Origin: Thermoproteota archaeon
GTDB taxonomy: Archaea > Thermoproteota > Thermoprotei > Gearchaeales > Gearchaeaceae
DNA: 64,000 bases
Assembly (NCBI GenBank): GCA_032249235.1
Contig: JAVVGF010000004.1
Span: 96,001-160,000, forward strand
Direction: 5' to 3'
The translations under genes and the position numbers were made by a program. A model generated the notes under the pieces. That model worked only from the letters and a program-made list of their open reading frames with translations. It had not been told where the DNA came from and did not search any database. Every line of letters begins with the position of its first letter. Positions within the stretch are counted from its first letter, which is position 1. Below, piece by piece: positions 19,992 through 29,857 of the stretch.

Positions 19992-21224
19992 ATGGTAGAA
20001 TTATTTCTTTCATTATTAGGCTTAATAAAAAAACATAACGAATGGAGATTGAAAAATTCAATAAATTTGATAAGTTCAGAAAATATACTAAGCCCTGAAG
20101 CGCGAGCACTTTTGGCTATTGATTTTGCAGGTAGATATACTTCAAGGGAATCGTTTTATAGGGGAACTAGGTATATGGATGAAATTGAAAACATAGGTAT
20201 AAAAGTAGCCAAAGATTTATTCAAGGCTGAATATGCAGATTTAAGAGCACTATCTGGTCATATCGCAACACTTGCTTTTCTAGCTTCAAACGTAAAAGAA
20301 AATGAAACCATTCTTTGCGTTTCACCTGAAGATGGAGGTTATCCTGGCATGGCAAAAAATGCTTTACCTAAGTTTTTAAGAATAAACGTTGAATATCTAC
20401 CTTTTAACAAAGAAGAATACATCATAGACGTTGATGCTACTTTAAATTTAATAGAAAAAGTTAAACCTAGTTTTATTATTTTCGATTTTAGCTTAGTACT
20501 TAGAAAGCAACCTGTTCAAGAAATTTATTCTAAAAGTAAAGACAAAGAAATAAAAATAGCTTATGATGGTTCGCACGTTTTAGGTTTAATTGCAGGCGGT
20601 GAATTTCAAGATCCTTTGAGAGAAGGAGCAGTAGCATTATATGGTTCAACACATAAATCTTTTTTCGGTCCTCAAGGAGGTATAATTTTATCGAATAAAG
20701 AAATAGGAGATAAAATCGATGAAACCATTTTTCCTTCCATTGTAGATAATGCGCATTGGAACAGGATTGCTTCGCTAACTTTAGCTTTAATTGAAATGAA
20801 AGAATTTGGTAAGGAATATGCAAAACAAGTTATAAACAATTCTAAAAGATTGGCAAAGTCTTTGCTCGAATTCGGATTGCCTATTAAAGGACCAAGAGGT
20901 ATTTTAACAGAAAGTCATCAAATCTATTTAAATTTCGCAAGCAAAGAAGAGAATCAAAGATTTGCAATTGAGCTTGAAAAAGTTAACATAATAACAGATA
21001 GTGCTATAAGATTAGGGACCAATGAGGTCACCAGATTAGGCATGAAGGAAAAGGATATGGATATAATAGCAGAATTAATTTATAGAACTTATAAAAAAGA
21101 AGATTCAGAAAAGATAAGAAGCGAAGTGATCAAGCTAAAGAGTGAATTTAATGAAATTCATTTCAGATTTAATTATTCAAATCTTGAAGAAATTTTTGAA
21201 ATTATATTAAATTATGGATATTAA
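19992..21224 (+). CDS. glyA: serine hydroxymethyltransferase (archaeal type)
   Basis: LISSEN, YDGSHVLGL, PLP-Lys motif STHKSFFGPQGG, and IRLGT. Confidence 0.92.
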   Translation: MVELFLSLLGLIKKHNEWRLKNSINLISSENILSPEARALLAIDFAGRYTSRESFYRGTRYMDEIENIGIKVAKDLFKAEYADLRALSGHIATLAFLASNVKENETILCVSPEDGGYPGMAKNALPKFLRINVEYLPFNKEEYIIDVDATLNLIEKVKPSFIIFDFSLVLRKQPVQEIYSKSKDKEIKIAYDGSHVLGLIAGGEFQDPLREGAVALYGSTHKSFFGPQGGIILSNKEIGDKIDETIFPSIVDNAHWNRIASLTLALIEMKEFGKEYAKQVINNSKRLAKSLLEFGLPIKGPRGILTESHQIYLNFASKEENQRFAIELEKVNIITDSAIRLGTNEVTRLGMKEKDMDIIAELIYRTYKKEDSEKIRSEVIKLKSEFNEIHFRFNYSNLEEIFEIILNYGY

Positions 21225-21663
21225 ATATATTTTAATGATAACCTTAATTGTTCTTTTTATTCTTTTAGTTTTTGGAACATTAATTATTCTTCCTATGTGG
21301 CAAATGCACATGATGATGATGGGAGGTTATTCTTTTCCTATGTTTTGGTTTTTAATTATTATCCTAATTCCATTTGTTATAGTATTAATTATATATCTTT
21401 TATTACCTTCGCAGAAAATTGAAAAAAATTATCAGGAAGTAAAACAATACGTCTATCCTTTAACAAATGAAGAGAAAAACATAGTTGAATTTTTGAAACA
21501 AAACAATTATAGATCTACACAAAAAGAAATTCAACAACATTTTAAACTCTCAAAAACTAAAGCGCATAGAATTTTGGCTAGATTAGAATCTAGAGGTATA
21601 ATAATAAGGACTAAAAGAGGTAGAGAAATGCTTGTCGTTTTAAAAAAAGAAGAAGTTTCATGA
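21214..21663 (+). CDS. membrane-anchored winged-HTH regulator with Met-rich loop
   Basis: Two TM helices flank MWQMHMMMMGG. C-terminal wHTH LTNEE...TQKEI...LSKTKAHRILARLESRGII...GR. Confidence 0.8.
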   Translation: MDIKYILMITLIVLFILLVFGTLIILPMWQMHMMMMGGYSFPMFWFLIIILIPFVIVLIIYLLLPSQKIEKNYQEVKQYVYPLTNEEKNIVEFLKQNNYRSTQKEIQQHFKLSKTKAHRILARLESRGIIIRTKRGREMLVVLKKEEVS

Positions 21664-21696
21664 AACTTTTTGAAACTGTTTTTCCAGAAAGTTTCA
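21653..21696. promoter_or_regulatory. putative operator: palindromic TGAAACT half-sites
   Basis: Perfect 16-bp palindrome AAGTTTCATGAAACTT (21653-21668), plus TGAAACT-N12-AGTTTCA (21671-21696), upstream of ORF 21737. Confidence 0.6.
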
Positions 21697-21736
21697 CTAA
21701 AGAAATAAAATTAAAGTAAAGCATTGAAAGCTTGAA

Positions 21737-21964
21737 ATGGACAAAAATCTATTGGTTGGTGTGCTTATAGGCATACTAGTAACGCTAGTATTCACAGCCT
21801 TTTTAGGCGTAGCAACATATGCCAATATGATGGGATGGAATAACGGAAAAGCAATGCATAATGGTGGTCATATGCATGACATGAATGACCATATGCAACA
21901 AATGCATGATGAATGTGAAGAAATGATGCATGAACATGGAAATTATACTGAACATATGAGTTAA
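21737..21964 (+). CDS. small membrane-anchored/secreted His/Met-rich protein
   Basis: N-terminal hydrophobic helix, then MHNGGHMHDMNDHMQQMHDECEEMMHEH. Confidence 0.75.
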   Translation: MDKNLLVGVLIGILVTLVFTAFLGVATYANMMGWNNGKAMHNGGHMHDMNDHMQQMHDECEEMMHEHGNYTEHMS

Positions 21965-21985
21965 ACGATTCATATTTTTTCTTTA

Positions 21986-22879
21986 TTGTTTTTTATGAGT
22001 AAAAAATTATTCTTTGCCGTTCAACTTTGGGGCTATGATATAAAGATTTTGGATTTATTTGAAGAACTAGAAGAATTAGGATATAACGCAGCATATTATG
22101 GCGATGGTCCTTTTTCTTGGCTTTTAGATTGCTTTTCAGTATTATCTTATGTAGCTTCTAAGACTAAGAAAATCAGAATTGGTCCTGCTGTCACATATCT
22201 TGAAGGAAGTTATAGGCATCCTATTGCAATAGCTAAGGCTTTATTCACAATTGCAAGGTTAAGTAACAATAGAGTTGATGCAAGATTTGGTTTCATAAAA
22301 GAAGAAGCTAGAAAATATTGGTCTACGTTTGGAATTAACATTCCAAGAGTAAAAGAAAGGATAGATAGGCTTGAAGAAGGATTGATTATAATGAAAGAAT
22401 TAATGAATAAGGGGTTCTCTAATTTCAAAGGAAGATACTACAAAGTAGATATAAGCGATTTTAAACCTGCAGCAAAAATGCCAATTTGTATTTCAGCAAT
22501 GGGCAAGAGAACAATAGAAATAGCATTGAAGCATGCTAATATATGGGAATTATCTTACTTGCCTCCTGAAATGTTAAATGTTATCATAGAAAAGTATAGC
22601 GAAAAAATAAAAAACATAGAAATTTCTCTTGAATTAGATGTCGTTATTGGAAAGAATGAAGAAGATTTTAAAAGGAAATTTAATGAATACTTAAAAATTA
22701 GAAAAACAAAAGAAGAACCCTTCATTAAATCTGCAATAAAGGGAAAACCTGAAGAATGTATTAAAAAGATTGAAGAATACCTTAATTTAGGTATTAAAAG
22801 ATTTACTTTAGCTTTCAACGAACTTCCTAATTTGGAAGGAATTAAGATTTTTGCTGAAGAAGTAATGAGTTCGTTTTAA
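21986..22879 (+). CDS. LLM-class flavin/F420-dependent oxidoreductase
   Basis: VASKTKKIRIGPAV, RHPIAIAK, RLEEGL, FKGRYY and GKPEEC motifs. Confidence 0.85.
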   Translation: MFFMSKKLFFAVQLWGYDIKILDLFEELEELGYNAAYYGDGPFSWLLDCFSVLSYVASKTKKIRIGPAVTYLEGSYRHPIAIAKALFTIARLSNNRVDARFGFIKEEARKYWSTFGINIPRVKERIDRLEEGLIIMKELMNKGFSNFKGRYYKVDISDFKPAAKMPICISAMGKRTIEIALKHANIWELSYLPPEMLNVIIEKYSEKIKNIEISLELDVVIGKNEEDFKRKFNEYLKIRKTKEEPFIKSAIKGKPEECIKKIEEYLNLGIKRFTLAFNELPNLEGIKIFAEEVMSSF

Positions 22880-23002
22880 TAGTCTTTAATTCAAGCATTA
22901 TTAAAAGATCAATCTCGTATTGAAATAACTTCTCAATGCCTAAATCTTAAAAAGAATAAGATTTCAACAAAGAATAAATAAAGGTCTTTCCTTTTCACTT
23001 CC

Positions 23003-24043
23003 ATGGAGTATATTCGTTTAGGCTGGTCGGGCCTTAAGGTTTCTAGGATTGCACTTGGAACGATGTCTTTCGGCGATCCAAATTTGCAATTATATGGACG
23101 CGGAGGATGGGTAGTAGGTAAAGAAGAAGCATTCAAGGTATTGAAAAGAGCATGGGATCTAGGTATTAATTTCTTCGATACTGCCAATTATTACTCACTT
23201 GGAAAGTCTGAAGAAATATTGGGTGAATTTTTGCAAGGGATAAGAGAAGATGCTGTAATAGCTACTAAAGTATTCTTTCCAATGAGTGAGAAACCAAACG
23301 ATAGAGGATTATCAAGGAAACATATAATGAAGCAAATAAACGATTCACTAAGAAGGCTTAAGACTGATTATGTAGATTTATACCAAATTCATCGTTGGGA
23401 TTACGAAACTCCTATTGAGGAAACCTTATCAACGCTCACGGATCTAGTTAGACAAGGTAAAGTAAGATATATCGGCGCCTCAAGCATGTGGACATGGCAA
23501 TTTGCAAAGGCTTTCTTCATTGCTGAATTTAAAGGCTATGAAAAGTTTGTAAGTATACAAACACTCTACAATTTGCTATACAGAGAAGAAGAAAGAGAAA
23601 TGATACCTTTCTGTAAAGCTCATAATATTGGATACATGGCTTATAGCCCTAATGCTGCAGGAGTCCTTTCAGGAAAATATTATAAAGATGGCAAGCTTGT
23701 CGTCGAGCCTGATGCACCTGAAAGATTAAGACCTGAAACAGGATTTTATCCTTACAAAATTTATGTAGAACCTCCTGAAAATGCTGAGATTGTGAGAAGA
23801 GTTATAGAAGTTGCTAGGAATAAAGAAGTAACGCCAACTCAAGTAGCAATATCATGGATACTTCACAAAGGTGTTATACCGATAATAGGAACTAGCAAAG
23901 TTGAACATCTTGAAGAATATGTTAAGGCACTAGAGATAAAGCTTAAAGAAGATGAGATTAAATATCTAGAGGAACCATATAAGCCAAAGCCAGTGCTACA
24001 TATAACTCCTGCTCCTGCAATATCTCATCTTTTTAAAATCTAA
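23003..24043 (+). CDS. aldo/keto reductase
   Basis: GLKVSRIALGTM, FFDTANYY, SLRRLKTDYVDLYQIH and GKVRYIG motifs. Confidence 0.95.
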   Translation: MEYIRLGWSGLKVSRIALGTMSFGDPNLQLYGRGGWVVGKEEAFKVLKRAWDLGINFFDTANYYSLGKSEEILGEFLQGIREDAVIATKVFFPMSEKPNDRGLSRKHIMKQINDSLRRLKTDYVDLYQIHRWDYETPIEETLSTLTDLVRQGKVRYIGASSMWTWQFAKAFFIAEFKGYEKFVSIQTLYNLLYREEEREMIPFCKAHNIGYMAYSPNAAGVLSGKYYKDGKLVVEPDAPERLRPETGFYPYKIYVEPPENAEIVRRVIEVARNKEVTPTQVAISWILHKGVIPIIGTSKVEHLEEYVKALEIKLKEDEIKYLEEPYKPKPVLHITPAPAISHLFKI

Positions 24044-24426
24044 CTTTCTTCTTTCTTTTTTGGAATGAATTTCAAGGATACTGAATTTACGCAATATCTT
24101 GTATTTTTAGGCGTGAAGCCTTCCCCATAAAAAATATGTCCAAGATGTGCTCCACAATTTGCACATTGTATCTCTATTCTTATTCCATCAGGATCAGGTA
24201 GCTTTTTTACTGCTCCAGGTATTTCATCATCAAAGCTTGGCCATCCGCATTCAGATTCAAATTTGTCTTCGGATCTAAATAGTGGAGCTTCGCATCTTTT
24301 GCAAACATAAATTCCAGGTTCGAAGTGATAAACATATTCTCCAGTGAAAGGTGGTTCTGTTCCTTTATGAACTATAACCCATTCTTCAAAAGGATTCAAC
24401 TTATTCCACTTCTTATTCTTTTCCAT
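24040..24426 (-). CDS. msrB: methionine-R-sulfoxide reductase
   Basis: GTEPPFTG, CKRC, GWPSF, CANCGAHLGH and RYCVNS motifs. Confidence 0.96.
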   Translation of the reverse strand: MEKNKKWNKLNPFEEWVIVHKGTEPPFTGEYVYHFEPGIYVCKRCEAPLFRSEDKFESECGWPSFDDEIPGAVKKLPDPDGIRIEIQCANCGAHLGHIFYGEGFTPKNTRYCVNSVSLKFIPKKKEES

Positions 24427-24538
24427 CTTATATTGTGTAATTTATAAGTGATTTAAATATTAAATAAAAAGAAATTGAAACAAAGTTTGTATTGCTTCTA
24501 AGAAGTACTTAAAATAAAAAATTTAAAATATCTTAGTA

Positions 24539-25444
24539 ATGGTCTTTTTTAGTTTAGCCTTTGAAGGAGATAAAAACGTTGAAGAATATATCAAGCTTTC
24601 TTCTTTAGCCGATGAGCTTGGCTTTTATAGCTTCCAAATTTATGAACATATTCCTTTCAAACCTGCTCTTCCAATATCTTTCATAATATCAAGGTATACA
24701 AATAGAATAAAAATTGGGGCAGTAACGATACCTGTATTTCTCTATAGACCCATTCAATTAGCTAGATACTTATCTTTATTGCATGAAATAACGAACGGTA
24801 GAGAAATCTTAGCTATTTCAAGAGGAGCATATTATGAACTTATAAATGAACCTGTGAAAAGAAGCATAAATGATGTTGTAAACTTTTTGAAAGAGCTCGA
24901 TGATAGTATGAAAAGAATATTTAAGCTTGAGGCGAAAGCAATAGAGATTTATGTTGGCACGTCAGGTCCTTTGTTGGCTAAGAGAGCAGCAAGTTTAGAA
25001 ATGATAAGCGGAATCGTTGTTGATATGCTTTGGAATCCTGTTTATGCTAGGAAGATGAAAGAAATACTCATGAGCTCTAACAAAAATCGCAAAATTCAGC
25101 TTATCGCTAGACCTTTCACTTTCATTGATGAGAACTCAGATAGAGCAAAATCTAAAATGACTGAGATAGTAAGCTCCTATATTAAAAAACTTGTAGGAAA
25201 TTCGCCTATGCTTGCTTCTGCTAACGTAAAATATGAGGATTTAAGCGATATGAAAGTCATAGAAGAAAAAGTCATACCTAATTTCACTGCTACAGGAACG
25301 ATTGAAGAAGTTCTTGAGCAAACTGCTAAAATGATCGAAGCAGGTGTTGATCATATTTGCTATGGTCATCCTTTAAGCCCAGAACCTCTTAAAACAATTA
25401 AACTTATCAAGGATAAAATAATAAATTATTTTAGTTCATATTAA
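24539..25444 (+). CDS. LLM-class oxidoreductase (Mer-like)
   Basis: LADELGF, TNRIKIG, GTSGP and GVDHICYGHPL motifs. Confidence 0.8.
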   Translation: MVFFSLAFEGDKNVEEYIKLSSLADELGFYSFQIYEHIPFKPALPISFIISRYTNRIKIGAVTIPVFLYRPIQLARYLSLLHEITNGREILAISRGAYYELINEPVKRSINDVVNFLKELDDSMKRIFKLEAKAIEIYVGTSGPLLAKRAASLEMISGIVVDMLWNPVYARKMKEILMSSNKNRKIQLIARPFTFIDENSDRAKSKMTEIVSSYIKKLVGNSPMLASANVKYEDLSDMKVIEEKVIPNFTATGTIEEVLEQTAKMIEAGVDHICYGHPLSPEPLKTIKLIKDKIINYFSSY

Positions 25445-25729
25445 TTTTAAATATGTTTAATGAGTTTCGATAATCATAATTAAATAAATATTATTTATTG
25501 ATAATCTTTTGGTTCAATTTTCCTGTAAATAAAATTCATTTAACTACTATTTCTTTAATTCTCATTCAACAATTTTTAAGATTAATGAAGGATGTGTTTG
25601 TCTTAAATTAAATATTATTTCATTTAGCATTATCTATATGTCTACAATAAGAATGTTCAGAAGAACACTCTAACATACCTAAATGTTTATATCTGGGTAG
25701 TTACATGTTACTTCATAGAGTGTCGACCT

Positions 25730-25960
25730 ATGGGTAGGTATGTTACAGTCTCTGCTAAGATAAGAAGAGAGTTGTTAGATGAAGCTAGGAGGTTCAATAT
25801 AAACATTTCTGAGCTTATTAGGAGCACAATTGAAAATGAAGTTCGTAGGCGCAGATTGATGTTGCTTGAAGAAAAGTTAAAAGGAAAAAAAGAAATCCTT
25901 GATAAGATCAACATTGAAGATATTGTTAGACTTATTCGGGAGGATAGAGAAGCTAAATGA
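25730..25960 (+). CDS. RHH antitoxin (VapB/CcdA-like)
   Basis: VTVSAKI...NISELIR...LIREDR. ATGA overlap with a PIN toxin. Confidence 0.85.
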   Translation: MGRYVTVSAKIRRELLDEARRFNINISELIRSTIENEVRRRRLMLLEEKLKGKKEILDKINIEDIVRLIREDREAK

Positions 25961-26364
25961 ATAAACCAATATATCTTTTTGATTCATCTAGTTTATTCAA
26001 GGCTCTTAAAGAAATTAAGTTAAAGCCTTTGGGAGGCCAAGCCATACAATGGTTAACAATATATGAAGTTTTAAACGCTATTTGGAAGGAAACTACAATA
26101 CTGCATATACTAAAAGCAGAGGAGGCCATCTCGCTAATTAATGATTTCTTAGGTCTAATTAGTGAAATGATAATACTTGATATACGGGGGTTTGAACATG
26201 ATATCGTTAAGCTAGCAATCACTAAGAGAATGACTATTTACGATGCGTCATATGTAGTGCTATCAACGAAGCATAAGTTGATACTTGTAACAGAGGATAA
26301 GGAGCTTTTAAACAAATCGAGAGATGTGATTCAAGTAATAAGTCTAGATGATATAATGATATAA
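25957..26364 (+). CDS. vapC: VapC PIN-domain toxin
   Basis: LFDSS, YEVLNAIW, YDASY and LVTED motifs. Confidence 0.9.
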   Translation: MNKPIYLFDSSSLFKALKEIKLKPLGGQAIQWLTIYEVLNAIWKETTILHILKAEEAISLINDFLGLISEMIILDIRGFEHDIVKLAITKRMTIYDASYVVLSTKHKLILVTEDKELLNKSRDVIQVISLDDIMI

Positions 26365-26669
26365 TATTCACAAAGGTAAATCTCTGCTATTACAACTCAA
26401 AGATTCTTACTTAAAAATATGATTGATTCAGAAATGATTAATTTATATTGAGCAAACTTTCATAATTTATATTAGTGAGTAGCTTTAAAAATTCCGTATC
26501 TTATTTTGAAACAAGTTCTCCAATTCATTAGCAGAAATAGTTAACTTTAAAGAACAATCTTGATTCTTTCAAGACTATAATGATATAATATTCCTTGATT
26601 CGCAATTGATTAGGGAAATGACAAAATACTTTATCAGATTTAAATATGAGTAAGAAGTAATTTCTAAAT

Positions 26670-26927
26670 ATGAATGAGAAAAAAGTAAAACTTTTATTAA
26701 AAGTAGGAACTAAAGGTCAGATTGTACTTAGAAAAAAATTAAGGGAGGCTTTAGGGATAAAGGAAGGAAGTATAATAAAAGTTAGCCTTGAGGATAAGAA
26801 AATAATTATTGAGCCAATTGAATGGGATAAGGAATTGAGTGAAATAAATGAAATTGCCAATGAGGTAGCTAAATATTGGCCTAAAGGATTGAGTGCCGTA
26901 GAAGCTATAAGAGAAGATAGAGAATGA
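26670..26927 (+). CDS. AbrB/MazE-type antitoxin
   Basis: KVGTKGQIVL.K.LREALGIKEG motif. Confidence 0.9.
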   Translation: MNEKKVKLLLKVGTKGQIVLRKKLREALGIKEGSIIKVSLEDKKIIIEPIEWDKELSEINEIANEVAKYWPKGLSAVEAIREDRE

Positions 26928-27352
26928 TCACCAAGGTTGTTGTTGATTCAAATGTTTTCGTTAGCTTATTTCTTGAAGGCGATATAAATAGAGATAAAGC
27001 TGTTAAGTTTTTTCATAACGTTTTTATAGATAGAAAAACTCAAATATTTATATCTGCAATAACTTTTCCAGAAGTTTGTGGCGTAATAGCTAGAAGAATT
27101 TCCAATAAAGAAATTGTAAGAAGAATAGAATCAAAGATTAATGAATGGATTGAAAGTAAACTGATTATGGTCGAAGAATTGACAAAAGATAGAATAAAAA
27201 TAGCTTGTGATTGTGCTATAGAATTTGGTCTTAAAGGAGCAGATGCTATCATTGTTTCGCTCGTAAAAGAATTAAACATTCCTCTTTTAACTTTTGATGA
27301 AGAAATAAAAAGAAAGGTTAAAAATAAAATTCAATTATTTGAAGAATATTAA
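26924..27352 (+). CDS. vapC: VapC PIN-domain toxin
   Basis: VVDSNV, EV, LKGADA and LLTFD motifs. Confidence 0.9.
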   Translation: MITKVVVDSNVFVSLFLEGDINRDKAVKFFHNVFIDRKTQIFISAITFPEVCGVIARRISNKEIVRRIESKINEWIESKLIMVEELTKDRIKIACDCAIEFGLKGADAIIVSLVKELNIPLLTFDEEIKRKVKNKIQLFEEY

Positions 27353-27531
27353 ATTAATTCTATAATCTTTTAATTTTAAATAAAACAAAGATTTACTTCT
27401 TTTATTAAGCTTCAAAATGTTTTTCAGTCGCTTTTATATATTTCTCTGCGAATTCGTTCTTTCATTTTGTATATTATTGCAAACGTAATTTAAGAGGGTT
27501 AACTATTTAATAAGTTTAACTTTTTCCTATT

Positions 27532-28189
27532 ATGAACAATCCAAAGAAGTTTGCTTTACGTGTTAGAAAAAAAGGATTATACCTAAAGCACTTAGAATCG
27601 CTGCTGATATTGATGAAGGGAGTTTTCTAATTGCTGAAATTAGAGAAGAAGGTTTAATCTTAAAGTCCTTAACGGTTAGGATAAATCCTGATATCGTTGA
27701 AAAGATTCTATCTGAAGAAAAGCAAATTGAAGAAGGAAAGTTCCTTGAAATTATCAGAGAGCTACATTATTGAAACTAGTGTTATTGTAGCTCATATAAT
27801 GAAGATGAACCTGCTAGAGATAAAGTCGTCGAGCTTTTTGAAAAAGCAATTAAAAATAAAGTAAAGCTTCATATTATTTATCAGACATTAAGCGAAGTAA
27901 TTTACATCGCTTCAAGAATATACAATTTGCTGGTGAAAAATGAGTCAAATAAAATAACAATCGAATTAGCTATATGAATAACTAATATAACGAAAATCAT
28001 TGAAATAAATTCTCAAATAGTGTTTAGAGCTGGAGAACTTAGAAAAATTCTTAATATATTACTGATTGTTACATTATAGTTTCGGCTGAGCATTTAAAAA
28101 TGAAAGCTCTTTTTCTCAAACCTGAAAAAGAAATGCTAAAGAATATTGAATTGATAAGAAGATTGACTATTTCGTTTATATTATCTTGA
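27532..28189 (+). pseudogene. decayed AbrB-VapC toxin-antitoxin pair
   Basis: MNNPKKFALRVRKKG, then a frameshift to IPKALRIAADIDEGSFLIAEIREEGLILK (AbrB). Followed by frameshifted PIN fragments IETSVIVAHI, LSEVIYIASRIY and FRAGELRK. Confidence 0.75.
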
Positions 28190-28285
28190 TAAAGAAGATA
28201 TTAAAAAATTCTATTAAGCTTTCTCAAAATTAAAGACGAAATAATGAATTATTTTAATTAATACTATTGTTAAATTAGAAATTAA

Positions 28286-29149
28286 CTAAAATTTCTCGTA
28301 TTCTTTTGGTCTATAGTAATAAACAAAGTATAGTGCTATACCTGTAATAAGCCAAACAATTAAGTAATAAAGTATGAAGGGAATCGATCCTATAAGGGCA
28401 TTCAAGCTATTTGATACTGTTGCTTGGATTTTATCAATATAGCTTGTATCGAATGTTTGCAAATATTGATTCGTAGCGTTTAAAGTTTCATTAGTTGATA
28501 GAAAGATGATGAATATTATCGCAAGAAATGCTAAGTTTACAAAAAGCAATGCTAAAACACCAATCACAGAGAAAAAGTAAGGTCTTATATTTCTGAAAAA
28601 TGCTGCATCGAATGCCCAGAGAAGATTCTTCATAAATGCTCTGATTAATATTATTATCAAAGTAATCATAAGCAAAGTTTGAATAGGCAAATAAGAATAT
28701 AGAACTGAAATGCCTTTTAAGCTACTAGTTAAAGCTTCATTTTCATGAAAGATCGTCAAAGGTAATCCTATTAAGAACTCAATTAAAAATAACATCGCGA
28801 AAATGATTGAGAAGATCGTTAATATGATGACTGCTAATTTATAGACTTTGAAGAACTTGAATAAGCTCTTATGTGTTTCTCCATGCTTCTTTTGAATTAA
28901 TTCTACTGCTTCTTTATTGTCAAAAATAGGTTTGATGCTAAGGTTATAGCCTACTATTGCTATTATGAAACCTATCCAGAATAGAACGTTAAATGCAAAT
29001 GATTTTGCGAAATCAATAACTAGATTACCATCATTTCCATTTGCAAACAATTTCAAGTAGTTAGATATGTCATCTAGTATTCCGCTTATTATGATGAGCA
29101 ATATTCCTACCGCAATGATTATTCCTGCATAACCTTTAATCGAAACCAT
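28286..29149 (-). CDS. hypothetical multi-pass membrane protein
   Basis: 287-aa ORF with about 6 hydrophobic segments. Confidence 0.7.
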   Translation of the reverse strand: MVSIKGYAGIIIAVGILLIIISGILDDISNYLKLFANGNDGNLVIDFAKSFAFNVLFWIGFIIAIVGYNLSIKPIFDNKEAVELIQKKHGETHKSLFKFFKVYKLAVIILTIFSIIFAMLFLIEFLIGLPLTIFHENEALTSSLKGISVLYSYLPIQTLLMITLIIILIRAFMKNLLWAFDAAFFRNIRPYFFSVIGVLALLFVNLAFLAIIFIIFLSTNETLNATNQYLQTFDTSYIDKIQATVSNSLNALIGSIPFILYYLIVWLITGIALYFVYYYRPKEYEKF

Positions 29150-29354
29150 GAATAAAGAAAAATCTACACGTATATATTTTTAAAAATTTTCATAAAGTCT
29201 CGCCATTTATGAGATGCAAGAACTCCTTACATATAAACTTGTCTATAATTCTATGTGTTCTATGGCTAACATGAATTTTTTAATTTGAAAAATAAAACAC
29301 GCAGTCGATTTCCTTAAATAAAAAATATATGAATAAACGTGGATTACTTTGTTT

Positions 29355-29501
29355 ATGAGAAATTTAGATAATGAGATAAAAGAGAAAGAAGAAACGATAA
29401 AAAGTCTGGAAAAACTGTTGGAGGAAATAGAAAAAGATCTTGAGATTATATATAAGCTTGAAGAGGAAGCTGAATTATGCATAAAGAAATTGAAACTTTA
29501 A
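29355..29501 (+). CDS. small acidic coiled-coil protein (48 aa, not in ORF track)
   Basis: MRNLDNEIKEKEETIKSLEKLLEEIEKDLEIIYKLEEEAELCIKKLKL; overlaps the next ORF. Confidence 0.5.
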   Translation: MRNLDNEIKEKEETIKSLEKLLEEIEKDLEIIYKLEEEAELCIKKLKL

Positions 29502-29701
29502 GAAAGCTCGCAGAACTTAGTTCCAAAGAGGCTTCATTAAGATTAAAAATCTACGAAAAATTCACGGAAGCAAAGAATGAAGTTATAAGATTGGGAGGAA
29601 TGATTGCATTTTGTGAAAGAATAGACCCTGAGAAAGCTCAAAAATTAAGGAAAACATACTTAATTTTGTTTGAAAAATACGTAGCTAATAAAGAATATTA
29701 A
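29477..29701 (+). CDS. small helical hypothetical protein
   Basis: 74-aa ORF with typical composition. Confidence 0.55.
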   Translation: MHKEIETLRKLAELSSKEASLRLKIYEKFTEAKNEVIRLGGMIAFCERIDPEKAQKLRKTYLILFEKYVANKEY

Positions 29702-29857
29702 TCATAAAAAACAATTTTGAGATTGCGAATATCAAAGTCAAAGAATTTCTTCATCTTCTTACTATAAAACCATCCATAAAGAAAAAGTTGAAATAGAAAA
29801 GTTTAATGGAATCCGTACTTTCATTAAGGATATTTGAAAGGTTTTTCTTAATAACTT

